64,000 nt of DNA from the human T2T-CHM13v2.0 reference genome, Homo sapiens: the NCBI RefSeq assembly GCF_009914755.1, contig NC_060927.1; one strand, written 5' to 3'. The first letter of the stretch is position 1. Every line of letters starts with the position of its first letter. The notes under the pieces were generated by a model. The model had not been told where the DNA came from, made no database searches, and was given only the letters and a program-made list of their open reading frames with translations. The translations under genes were made by a program, and so were the position numbers. Of the stretch, positions 15,164 to 30,729 are shown piece after piece.

Positions 15164-17381
15164 AAATAGAGAAATGGAGGAAGGGCAGTTGTTTCCTTAC
15201 AGCTTCCCTTTCCAATGACAAAATAAAAGACAGCTTTGTTTCATTCGAAACACGTTCTCAAGTGTGTGATATTCATTCTTAATCAGCACTACATACATAT
15301 AATAATCTCAGCCAAACCATATAAATCAGTTCCCTAAAACCCTTTAAGGTAAAAGAATTCCCATTGAAGAATTCCAGATCCTGTGGAAAAAACGGAGTTG
15401 AATAAAGAAGGCTCCAGAAAATTTTGGAAAATCTTTATAAATATTTGTATTTTCAATATGAAATATGAAAATATAATAAAACTAGCACAGCAAATAAAAT
15501 AGCTATGACATGTAAGACATGCTTATTATGGGTAATCAGGTTACTCTCTATGCTTTGCTCATTCTGAGAGAATCCTCAGAATCTAGCTTATATTCCATCA
15601 CGCCCCTTGAGAAAGTTTAGCTGAGGTGTTAGTACGTTTGTTTTGCCTCATTGCAGATAAGACATTCACTAAGAAGGATTATTTGGAGTTAAGGGTGCTG
15701 GGGACAGTGGTATATTTGGCCTTCCATACAGATGCTCTATAAATGCCTCTGGATTTTTATTTCAATCTCCTTGGCCCCTCTCTCCAACAGCCCTTCCCAG
15801 TTCTATCTCTGCACAGACAGCCCAAGAATTCAGTCCTAAGGACCCACCTTACATGGCTTAAAACAACAATACACAAACTAGATGTTTTACATTCTGGTGG
15901 CCATGTCGAGTAATTATTTGATAGGCCACGAGCTTTCATTTGTGGCTGTATATCCAAGTCAGTTTTCCAAAATTCAGTTATATGATTATAAAATAAGTAC
16001 CAATGTCTTTAGAACTAGACAAAATACAATTTATTAAAATATTTTATCTTTATATATGTGATAAGGATTGAGGGGTTCACTCCCTCATTCCATCCCCAAT
16101 CTTGCCCTCTTTTAGATGAAAGGCAGGAGGCAGTTGCCTAGGAGAGGGCAACCAATAGCCCTGGCCTAGGCAGGTCAATGCTGGCCTCTCTCCTTCCCTT
16201 GGACCCTCAACTGTGAGGGCTAGGATACCAGGCCGGGCTGTTCCTAAAGACTCTGAGCCCAAGCAGTGCAGCTGGGCCTAGAAATGGGGAGGTAACCCTT
16301 CTTGCCAACTTTGCTGAAAATGTGGAAGCCCCGCGGGTTCTGAAGGATAACGCTCTCGGCTTGGGCCTTGATAGTCTCATAGCAGGCATCATAAAGTGGT
16401 GAGGGTCCCTTTTTGTGACAGTGGCAGGGGGAGCCAGAGCAGGAGAGGAAGAATATAACAAATCCAGCAACCCCATCATGTTCCCCACACCCTACTCTGC
16501 CAATGTAACCCACTGGGCACTCCTGAAAATCAATAATTGGGAAGAGGTTTAATTATTTGGGCAGGTAGAAAGTGGAGACACAATAGAGAACTGCGGATTA
16601 TTTATGTTAACAGGATTTCATTTGTAGCCACAGACTGACATGCTGCCTAGATATTTGGTCATAATAACAAGTATGAAAACACCTTGCAACTTTGAAATCA
16701 GTTTTCCCAGCTTCTACAACCACCCACAAAAAATTGTATCTAGCCTACGTTTAGAACACAGATTATGATCGATGAGCTTCTGCTCTCCTTGGCTGTCTCT
16801 GACAAAAATGAGCTGCTTGTGACAGACGCAGCCCCAGCCCAGTGTGAGGATTGGAAACCTCAGACCCTGACTCTTTCCCTTTCTCCTTCCTTATCTGACT
16901 CCTGAGCTATTATTGCCTTTTCTCTGCACCTAAGCTTTCTGCAAAGCCCAGACCCAGCCAGCTGGTTCTGTGGTCTGCTCTGATTTCCCTTGTGGATTTT
17001 AAATTCAGAATTCTAGGCTCATTTGTTAGCAGCTTCTCTGAACACATTATCTCATTTATTTGCTCATTCATTCATTCGTTCATTTATCAAACATTTAATA
17101 AGTGCCTTCTGTGTTCTTCTATATTTTCTATGCGCTAGGGAGGCAAAGACAAAACATTGTCCAGTCTTTGAGATGGTTTCAGACAGGTAAACAAACAGGA
17201 ATAGTAAATGTGTTATGAGCACTACAATGATTATGTGTATTCTTATATACATGGTACATAATGGCCTAAAGGAAAAAGAGGCCAGTTCTGTGAGACAAAG
17301 TCAGGAGGTGAAGATTGGGCATTAAATGTATTGAAATATTTTCATTTGAACTTAGGCACTATTATTGGAAGATAAGTATGT

Positions 17382-17860
17382 TGATATGGTGAACAGAGTT
17401 GGCTGCCTACTCCATGTCTTACTGCTCCCCTTTCTGTGTCACAAGAAAACACTGGTTTGGTTCAGGCTTCAGGTCTCAAGTAGCAATGTACTTTGGGAAG
17501 GAGGGTTCATCCCCAGACCCAGGGGTATCAATGTTGCTTAGACTAAGAAAATTATATATTCCTTGTGATTGTAAATGAGCCTTAAGAAGATACCTCATGG
17601 TGGTGATTTACAGGAAAGCTACCTGGAAAAGCGTTCCTCCCTAATATTAGGTTGGTGCAAAAGTAACTATGATCTTGCCACTGAAAGTAATGAAAAAGAC
17701 ATTTTAGAAAAAAAAAAATACACCTTCCTGCCATTGGATGTTGAGATATTTGGAGGTACAGGAGCCATATTGTGACCATGAGGCAAAAGCCAAAAGAATT
17801 GCAAAGAAGCTAACCCAATAAAGTCCTGTTTATGAATGAATACAGAGTAGAAAATGAAAC
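17382..17860. mobile_element. Degenerate MLT1 LTR with an inserted MADE1 (mariner MITE) fragment at ~17646-17692
   Basis: MLT1-like gccatattgtgaccatgagg; MADE1 terminal repeat ttaggttggtgcaaaagtaa. Confidence 0.6.
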
Positions 17861-17904
17861 AAGTGAATGGCTGCACAACATTTCCAGTTTTCTTTTTACA
17901 CTTA

Positions 17905-18130
<226 letters not shown>

Positions 18131-18208
18131 TAAAATGACAAGAATGCACTGCAGATGGAATGGATATGGCAAAATAGTTCAAAAGGAGGGGGATTGAGAA
18201 ATAACTGA

Positions 18209-18611
<403 letters not shown>

Positions 18612-19079
18612 TTGAAAATATTTGTACCGAAGGAGTTGGAGGTTTTAAGGTAAAAATTTGTCCACATTTTTGTCCACACAGCCTTGTCAATGGCCTTATT
18701 TGGTCTTCAAATGAAATGTTGAAAGTATGTTTTCTGAACATTTAAGGTCTCTCCTCACCTCCTACCACTCCAATTTTATTTTTTAAAATGCCAGTTGGAT
18801 TTAGAGATTTTTTTTTAATAATGTAATTAGTGCATAATGCTTAACATCAAACAGTACTCTGATGGGGCAAATGGGGAAACCAAGTCATCAATGATCAAAG
18901 GAACTTGCTTTCCCACCAGTCCGGCAGAAACAGTTCTGTCTCATGAGTGTCCAGCCCTATGAAAATGATCTACATTTAAATATTAAAAAGAAAGCACATT
19001 TCTCTTCCTCCTACTCGCCAGAAAAAATGTAATAAATAACTCAAGGCCAGGAGACAACCCCTTACAATGCCATGTTATA

Positions 19080-20130
<1,051 letters not shown>

Positions 20131-20146
20131 AGAAGATTTTGACACT

Positions 20147-20250
20147 AATGGACAAAGATATTGATACTTTGTCCATTGGATACGTTTGTCCATTGGATAC
20201 ATTTGTCCATTTGTACATTGATACTTTATCCATGGATACATTTGTCCAAA
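20147..20250. repeat. 17-bp degenerate tandem repeat with an inverted partial copy
   Basis: tttgtccattggatac(g/a) about 4-5 times; aatggacaaag at 20147-20157 is the reverse complement of 20167-20177. Confidence 0.85.
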
Positions 20251-20770
20251 GGTTCAAATAATTTCTCTGTTTATTGGAGAAAGAAATAGATGGATGAGGC
20301 ATCGCTTGGCCAAGCAGGAGGAGGGCCAGAATCAGGCTGGTGAGAAAAGGGGCTCAGTGTGGCTGGAGATCAGAGGAGTCAGGTACGCTGGATCCAGTTC
20401 CAACTCTTGGCTGAAGAATTTGAACTTTAGTCATTTCTAGCATTGTTCATTACCTGTAGTGTGCTCTTGCTAGCTGGCTGAAGGGATAAATGAAGCCACT
20501 GATGTCCTCTTGAGCAGGCAACTGATAAGCTCCATTTTTTTTGTTAGGAAAGTTAATTTAAGTGGTATGTAGGAGGAATGAGAGGGATGGGGGACTTATT
20601 ACCAGAGTTCCAGTCAAAAGCATGAGGTCAGTTACTGAGGTAATCCTACTACGTGCTCAGCATTCCACTAGACACTTAACACCCTGCTCCCAATACTTAT
20701 TTAATCTTAATAACAACCCTTCAAAGAAGAAAGTTTAGCATTTCCACTTTACTGTTAAAGAAACAGGTTC

Positions 20771-21085
<315 letters not shown>

Positions 21086-22389
21086 AAGAAACAGAAACAG
21101 GTTTAGGAAGGTTGAGTAACTTGCCCAAATGTAAAAGGGGTAGAAACAGGCTCTATGTCTGATTCTAAAAAGGGATGCCTTTAAAAATAAGGGGGAAAAA
21201 ACCCTGTAACACGTTGATACTCTTTAAATGAGAATAATTTTAACAAGGGCAATGACAGAGAATGGAAAGGAAGGAAGAGATTTCAGCAGAGTCAGAAGGA
21301 TGTGGCAACTGAAAACAGCATTGGGACAAGGGATAAGAAAAAGTCAAAGTTTCTGGCCTGAGTAACAGTATAAGATGTGAACTCAGATTTGGAAAGGGAG
21401 ACAGGAAATTAAGTTTTGGACTTATGTTTGAAATGACAGCAAAACATTCATATAAGAGGAAGTGGTTCACTTTATCCAACAAGTGTAAAGATCACATGGG
21501 GAAATAGAAGTCACCTGCAACACAGGCAGAACTGGAAGCTTCGCTGGCCAGGTCCATGTTAAACTCTGACCATTCTCTGGGGCTGTCCAGCCTTTGCACA
21601 GGCGGCGCGTTTGTCTTCAGTTTTCAGGTTTCCCCGTCCTATTTCTTATCTCCCAGTGCCTCTGGCCTTTTCTGTGTCTCCCTCCAGAATGAGCTGCAGC
21701 TCTCTTCATCTTGACCTTTGTGTAGTCTCTGAGGTCTGAGGCCATCACTATGTCTGACCCTCAAAAAATATTTGTTGACTGACTGGCTTATTCCTGTTGT
21801 TGCCCTGGAAAAGAATTACCCTGCCCGATTAAGTCACAGTTTCTTCCTTCTTAGGGCAGCGTAGTTAACAACCTCAACACCAGGAAATTGTCTTCCTCAT
21901 CACATACCAGGGTATTATTCATGCAGTTTACTCACTGTAAAGAGTTCCCTTGAAATAAAGCTAACAATTAGTCAAAGATTTACACATTTCCTAGGGTCAG
22001 TCAACTTTTTAACAAAGCCAACTTTTAGTAGTGGTGGTGGTGGCGGGGGGGAGCCCTTCTTTGCTTTTTCTGTTCCTGAAATACAAAAGTGATGGTAAAT
22101 GCTTCAGAATTTCTCTATGAGAGGGTCTCAGGCACTGCACTCACGCTGGAGTTGGGGGTGGCTGGTCCTTTTCTTGAACCAGGTTTTGCAGAGAATTGGT
22201 CCTAGTAAAGAGTATTTGTGTGGGAGGAGTTTGGCTTGCTGGCGGGGAGTATTTGGATAATACTGGAAGAGCCTCAAATGCATCTCTTGCCTCCTTTTGA
22301 ATAAGATACTTTTGAGGTCCACCCACCTGCCAAATTCCATTCTATTTTCTTCCCACAGGGAGTTTCCCTGATTGGGAAGGGCCTGTATT

Positions 22390-23760
22390 TCCCGCGAGCG
22401 TTAGGAGATGTGCAGGTCTATTCACTGGGGGAGCCCAATTCCCGGGAGGATTTAGGGATCACGGGAGGGCCGGGGCGTTCTCCTGGTGGGGATTTTAAGG
22501 CCGCTCAGAGCCACGACTGGGAGCTACCCTTAGCCAGCGCCCCAAGCCGGGAGTACGGTTCTCTGCAGGGTAGCCCGGCTCGGGGGTGGCGAAGGCGGTG
22601 AATGGAGACCCGGGGGGGGCGGGGGCGGGGCCGCGGCGGGCGGGGCGGGGCGGGGCGAGTCGGGCCGAGGCCCGGGGGCGGGGCCAGGCGCGCGGCTGGC
22701 CTGGGCCTAGGCCGCTGCTGGGCTCCGCCTCGCCCGGCTACGCAGGCGGCAGGGCTGCGGCACGGGCCGGGCGGCACCATGGCGGCGGCGGCGCCTGCTG
22801 CTGCGGCGGCTTCTTCCGAGGCGCCAGCGGCGAGTGCGACTGCAGAGCCCGAGGCCGGGGACCAGGACAGTCGCGAGGTTCGAGTGTTGCAGAGCCTGCG
22901 GGGCAAGATCTGTAAGCGGGGGCTGGGCTGAGGGGACGCCCTGGCGGCGCTGGGCGCGAGGCTGAGGGGGCGGCGGGTTCGCGGCGGTGGCGGCGCCGAG
23001 CTGCGCTGGGATCGCGGGCCCGGGAGGGGGCCTGGGCCGGGCGCGGTTGAGGCTGGAAGGGGGTGTGTTGGGGGGCGGCGTCGCCTCGACGGGGCGGCGT
23101 GGGCCGGGGCTGCTGCTCTCCGGAGGGAGTGGGAGCTGGAGATGGGCCTGGGGTGGGAGAGCCCGGGCTGCGCCGGCGTGAGGGGCTCGGTCGTGGGGAG
23201 CGGCCTGGACGCGGGGACGCTGGAGTCCGGGGCGCGGCCGGGGGCGCGGTCCGGGGGCGTGAGGAGCTTCCGGCCGCCCTCAGACTCAGGCCTTCGCGCG
23301 GCTGCGGGCGCTGGGGAGTGGCCCCGCGGTGGGAGCCGAGCAGTAATTATACGGAGGCGCGGCCCGAGGAGGTGGCGGGCTGGGAAGTGGGGCTGGCCCG
23401 AGGGGAGGGGGCTGTTCGTTTCCTGGGCTCGGCGAGCCTGGGAGAGGTTGAAAAAGGCGCCCTGAGCTGCAGGAAACGGGCCGCCCTGGGGCCCGAGTGG
23501 CTACCGCGCGGTCTGTTCGCGGGTGAGCGCCCCGGGAGGAGCTCGGCGGGACACCTGTACTTGCCCCACCTCGCTGCGGCCGGGACTTGAATCGAGGGAC
23601 GGCGTGACAGGCGGGACTAAAGGCAGGATGTAGTGGCTTCCTGTGAGCAGGTCTCAAAACACAATCACCCAGCCCGCACTCAGCCCGCTTAATTCCCTTC
23701 CTTCTCATGCGTGTAATTGCTACTTTAGTGAGCGAGCCTACCAGTTGACTAAATACGAAA
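22390..23760. promoter_or_regulatory. RASA2: CpG island / TATA-less RASA2 promoter with clustered GC boxes
   Basis: Very high GC and CpG density; several GGGGCGGGG Sp/KLF sites at 22615-22685, just upstream of exon 1. Confidence 0.93.
22779..22911 (+). CDS. RASA2: RASA2 (Ras GTPase-activating protein 2, GAP1m) coding exon 1
   Basis: Strong Kozak (gcaccATGG); MAAAAPAAAAASSEAPAASATAEPEAGDQDSREVRVLQSLRGKI; donor T|gtaagc at 22912; 133 nt, phase 1. Confidence 0.97.
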
Positions 23761-25536
23761 TTTTGCTCAGAGTTGTCCGAGCATTACTGTGGACAGATTA
23801 TTTGAGTTCTGTCATTTGAACATTTTAGTTTTAAAAACGACCCTTTGGTGTCAGGTTGCCATTTTTTTTTTCACAGTGGTTTATTTAGATGAAGTGCTTT
23901 TTGTTTTCTGTTTGTAAGAGAGATCAATAACATTTATTTTTGCATTTGTCGAAAATTAGCATTATTTTCTTCATGCAGTATTCTCAGATTGGAAACATGC
24001 TTCATGTTTCTTATAAATAACCCTCAATTATGAGGGCGTACTTTTCACTTTGAAGAAAATTGACTTGCATTAAAGTGGCTAACAATTCTTTCCTGGGCAG
24101 GATGTAAAATTTTCCTCTCCTCTAATACCAGTACTGTTGAGCTCACATTCTCCCACTTTTCCTCTTTTCAGGTGGTTCACGTATTTGGGATTTTATGAAA
24201 CCTCAGAAGCAGACATGTTAACTTTTCTTATCTTTTTATTCCCTGAGGTAGTCCTGGGGCTCTTAAGAGATTACAGTTCTTAAAACCTGGAAAGTGACAC
24301 CAGAGAGGTAGATCTTAGTTCCCAAAATTAAAGTTACTTTCTAGGGCATAAAACCTTTTCAGAATTCAGATTAAATTTTATTTATTTTTTCTTTTTTCTG
24401 TAACCTTATATTTGAGGGGAAAATTTTATTTTCAACTTTTGCATATATCTAATTTAACATTTGGGAAAACTGTAAATGGGCCAAAGTTTCTCCCTTTATA
24501 TGATTTTCCAGATTTTTACCACTTTCTTAGTGCCACTTGATGCTAGGCATTGTCTATTGGAGACTCACTGGTACGTAACTGCAGGTTTTACCATGGAACT
24601 ACATATACACATGTCTTGGAATTGAGGGTTAGGGTTTCCAGAAGGACTTAGTTGTCCTGTGCTTTTGTCTGCCCCATGCCAAAGACCACTAAGAACAGTT
24701 TTGTAAGTGAAACTTGGGTCTACACGTTAAAAAAAAGAAAAACAAAAAACCACTTTGTTTCTATGGTTTAAAGCAACCCTGGCTTGGAAATTGATCATCC
24801 AGCTGCTGGGAATGATATTACTGCTTTAACCACAGTTGAAGTATTCTATCTGTTATCCTAGTCAGTTTCTTGCTTTTTAAATTGCTTATCTTATAGCTCA
24901 GGTTATGGAGTGTCTGCTTTCTAGAAAAAAAAAATGTATTTGTATACTTATATACAGAAGCTCTCTTCCCATTTCTTTGTCCTCCTTTTAAATGATGTAA
25001 TCCACAGTTGGTTGACATTCAGAACCTTGTGAAGAGATGCTGTTTTCTGTTTCCCTGAAACTAACATGTGGGTTTTGTAGGGTGGGGACTGAGGGGTTGG
25101 AAGAGTCATTAGCAGGTGTCAAGGTCACAGAAATGAGATGGTGGTGGTTCTGACAAGATATTAAGCAGCTTGGGGAGGGTGTAACCGTGTCAGCTTTTCT
25201 CTTCACCACAGTAGGAAACCTTGGAAGAAAGCCTGATAGTGCCCACTAGGAGATGTGCTGGCAGATTTTATACTACTGATTGAGAGCCTCTTTTCTGGAG
25301 AGTTAGAGATCTGTAGGGGCTGAAAATTAGCCTGAAGAAATTTTCTTATTTCTGGACTTGCATAGGACTTTTAAACTGCACATCACCCCAGTGAAAAGTG
25401 AGGATGGATTGGTTTATGTATCTTGAATGTTCAAGAGATAATAGTCCATAACCTTCTTTAGGGATTTCATTCCTGTAATTATTTCCCCTTATACTTCACA
25501 AGGTGAAATATCTGTCAGTTGGACAGATATTTGTCT

Positions 25537-26166
25537 ATTGGACAAGAGGAAACTTAACAAAAAGTGGTAACCAAAAAGGTGGAGGTCACAAAATAACAAC
25601 ATGAGACCTCAATATATATAAAGGATGAAGCCCCAATACCCCTTTTTTGCTTGAGTGTACTTTTTTTTTTTTTTTTGCCGGGGGGCTGGGGAGGAGGGAA
25701 GAAGGGACATGCAAATATGTTTCAGGTGTTTTATATGCGCTCAAACGAACCCAGGGAATTCGAGATCCATCTATAAGACAAAATATTGTCAGCAACCCTG
25801 GATTTGCTGCAGTTTGCGCTAGGAAACCATGACAGTTCTGAATTGTCTGCTTCCTTAAACTTTTTCAAGAGGTGAGTTTGGTTGTTTGATATCCTAAGGT
25901 TGTCATATGAACCCTTGATAAAGGAAATTAGGGGTGTACTCGACTCCATTCTTCGGTCTGCACTCCTGTGTAGCGAGTAGCAAGTATGCTAGAACACCTG
26001 AAACACATTTGCATGCTCCCTCCTCCCCTCAAAAAAAAAAAAAAAAAACCGTATTCAAACAGAAAAGAGGGATTGGGGCTTCCTCCTTTATGTATCTTCA
26101 GGCTTCATGCTGTTATTTGGTGACCTCCTTTTTGATTAGCACTTGTTAAGTTTCCTCTTATCCAAT
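25537..26166. repeat. Long diverged inverted repeat (arms ~25537-25742 and ~25975-26166)
   Basis: The left arm start attggacaagaggaaacttaacaa matches the reverse complement of 26143-26166 at 23/24; homology continues through poly(T)/poly(A) to catgcaaat..gtttcaggtgtt. Confidence 0.9.
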
Positions 26167-29100
26167 TACATTAGATTGTAAAAATGTTGCGGAGAGCACC
26201 CATGCCACCATATGTGTGGGCTTATCTACTCAAGGAATACCAGATCAATAAGAGAGCCAAATGGGAAAATTTTGTGTGAATTTTCAGATGTGTGGTACAG
26301 TGCGAGATCTGTGGGACTATGTGTTCCAAAACTCACTTAGTTTCTCTGGTGTCTTCAGACCAAGAATAGCCTAGGGTTATTTGACAGAGTAGGGAAGATC
26401 TATAGGGTATGGTTAAGTGCTTGAGCTTAGAGGCTGGGTGAAGAAGTTAGTTACCTGGGTTTGAATCTTCACCTAATTTCCAACTTTTGTTAATGTCTTT
26501 GGGCCTTCATATTCTCATATATAAAATGGGGATAGTAAAAATACCTATCTCACGGGTTGTTATGAGGTTTAAATAAGCCTCCCTCCCTACTCTGCCCCTC
26601 CTCATCTCTGCCTGCTCTTTCTCACTCCCCAGGATCTGGGTCATACACCGACCATCTCTTAGGAAGGAGTAAAGTAGGAGATAAAAACTAATCTTCATCT
26701 GATGTTCTTGTCCAACGTATACTGGAGTTTCCAGGTGTACAAAGCTGATTAAAATCTGAAGACCTATATTCTTCTTTAAACGTTGTTAATTAATCTTCAT
26801 ATGGCGTTAGCCAGCTCACTTATCTTGAAGCTTACCTTCCGCATCTTTTAAATGGGAATGATGCTTTTCCACTATCCATTGTATACAGGTTGTTCCCTCT
26901 GCTTGGGATTGTCTTTCTTCTTTACTCCACCCCATCTTTATGTCAGGAAGCTCCTACTCATCCCTCAAAAGCCTGCTCTATGTGATCTCCTTCCCAAAAC
27001 CTTCTGAGACACTTCCAGTGCCATCTCTGGCCAGCATCTCTGCTGCTGGGGAACACAATTCCTTGCTCATTTCCTTATTATAGCACATTTCATAGAAATC
27101 ATTTGTTCACTTCTCCTGTTAGATTGTGAGCTCTTTCAAGATAGAATTGATTCTTGTTCATTTTTAAAAAATCATCCCAGTGTCAGCACAATGCCTAGAA
27201 CAGAATAGGCCTTTAGAATATGCCCTACCTCACAATGTTATCCTGTGGATAATTACTAGATATGAAAGTATTTTATAAATTATATACCTAAAAAAACTAG
27301 AAGGTGTTAGTATTAAGAGAAAACTGTATGAGTCTGCATCAGGAAGTTCATCCCTTTCAAAATCACAGTGCCCACTAAGCTTAGGTTTGAATTGATGCCA
27401 AAGTTGCCTTGTTAGGAAAAAGATTAAATTTTTCTTAATGCTCTGATTACTTATTATTAGGGCATTTGAATATTGTTACTAATTGGTCCTGGAGCTTGGA
27501 AAAGAAAATCTCATATTCATACTTTACACATTAAGTGTTTTAATTTGACATGACAGGTTTGAATAAAACCGTCTATTTAATTCTGTGAAGTATAAATCAA
27601 AACATTTTATTGACTATCCAGTAAAGTTGAGTGGAAGAGATTAAAAAGGGTGTATTCATGCTAAGAGTTCATTTTTATCAGATATTTGAAATGAGATGAT
27701 GAGTTATTTAGGATGGAGGAAGAATCCATCTTTCAGATGGATAGAAACTGGGGAGAAAAGGGTTCTTTGTAAAAGTTCACAGAGCAGTCTGCTAATCATT
27801 TGCTCTGTGGAAGACGGGAGGTAAACCTCAGTGAGTTCATAGAGTTGTTTTTTTAAAACTTAGAACTCTTTGAATAGATCCTTAAGTGACTAATATAGCC
27901 AGAATAAAACCATCATTTTATCCTTTAATCATAGCTGCTAATCCTATTTCCTTGTTAATGTGCTTTATGAAATTATTTGACAATAATATCAGATTACATG
28001 TTTTTGCTACTAATAAAGTTCTATTCTCTTTTGAGAACTGCAAACAAAATGTTGTATAGTCATATATTCATGTAAGTTAAGCTTTTTATGTGTATTAAGA
28101 CATTTTTATGGCATCTCTTTAGGTTTGTATGTAATTTTAGTTATCAAAAACCCCTATCTAAAGTGATAAACATTAGAAGTTTGTATCAGTACACATACAG
28201 AGAACCATAAATGACAAATTTGTTTTCCTGTCATTAATGACAATGACTTTGGGCAAATTCTTTAACCTTGCTGAGCCCGTATTTCCTTACTTGTAAAATT
28301 AGAGGTTTGGATATGGTCTTTAACATCCCTTCTACCATTTTGATTATTGCTTTTTAACTTGAACCATTTGCTTTAAGGCAGTACATCAGATGCTTTATTT
28401 TAGTGTTTAAATGTATTTAGTACACTTGTTTTGCATGATTCACTGTTTTAAAAATATTTAAGATTTATTAGATAAGAGCGTTTGAATTCTAAATTTTTTT
28501 TCTGTGACTGTTAATTAATTCAGCAGCACGTAATACATATCGAAGGGTCTGTTAAGAGACGCTAACCCACTGGACTGAAATGGGCCTAAGCTGTGAATCG
28601 GATGAAAGATCCTATTTTATCCTAAAGTCTATACTAAGCAATAGCTGTTTTTAGACATCTGTATTCTTAGACAATTATAGAAATTTAAAGCTGGAAGGTA
28701 GAGAACATGAAGGTAGAGAAAATAAAGGTTCTTACCCTTCATTTTACAAATGAAGAATCTAACAGAGACAGCAAGTGTCACACAGTTGATGGCCTGTTCG
28801 GCACTAGTCCACTATTATCAAAGTTCTTTCTAGAATGCTATATGAGATTAACTTATTACTATGAATGTTGCAAATGTACTACATTTAATACACAGAGATT
28901 ATACTACTTATCTGTTTATATATTGAGAGGTGGTAAGATTTTCACTGTGCCGTCTACACACTCTTAACTGTTCCTTCTTAAGAACTTTGTGAAGTGGTTA
29001 GGATTAGTGATGAAACTATGGTTATGACCTAGGTGGAGATTGAACCTGGATGTTTAGTTACTTGTGCCATGGTCTACCTCAGCTATTTTCAGTTCTGACT

Positions 29101-29369
29101 GTCTGTCACCATCACCTGTGAACTAAAAAAATTATGATGCCCAGACTGTACCCCAGACCTACTAAGTCAGAATTTCTGGTTTCAAAAGTTCCATAGGGGG
29201 TGATGTTGGGCAGCTAGGATAGTGAATTTCTGCTTTTGTCACAAATAGATTAGCCACATACCCTACCTAAATGATGGCAACCTGCTGTGCTATCATTTAA
29301 AAGGTATCAGTAGAAAGGTTGGTATAGTTACAGTGAGATTTTAGTTTGTTTGCATATATATTTGATGTA

Positions 29370-30550
<1,181 letters not shown>

Positions 30551-30729
30551 AAAACCTGTGCAAAGATTTAAAAAATCTGTATACTTTGGCTGATGCCTGA
30601 ATTTATTCTTAAGTTGATTGTGAGATCCAGTGAGGGCAGTCAGTTGTAAGTTTCATCTACTTATATAACGTCTGATGGTTGAGAAATTGAGAAAGAACTG
30701 CTTGAGGAAAGGTAAGTGAAGACTTATAA

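Noticed and set aside
20147-20250. CRISPR-like appearance of short repeats
   Set aside because: The repeats are adjacent with no unique spacers, and the DNA is eukaryotic.
22505-22906. 133-aa antisense ORF over exon 1
   Set aside because: It starts at a non-ATG codon and has low-complexity Pro/Ala/Arg content mirroring the sense exon; no evidence of coding.
22987-23708. Several 64-175-aa GC-rich ORFs on both strands in the CpG island
   Set aside because: Stop-poor composition of a CpG island; no recognisable domain; they lie in intron 1.
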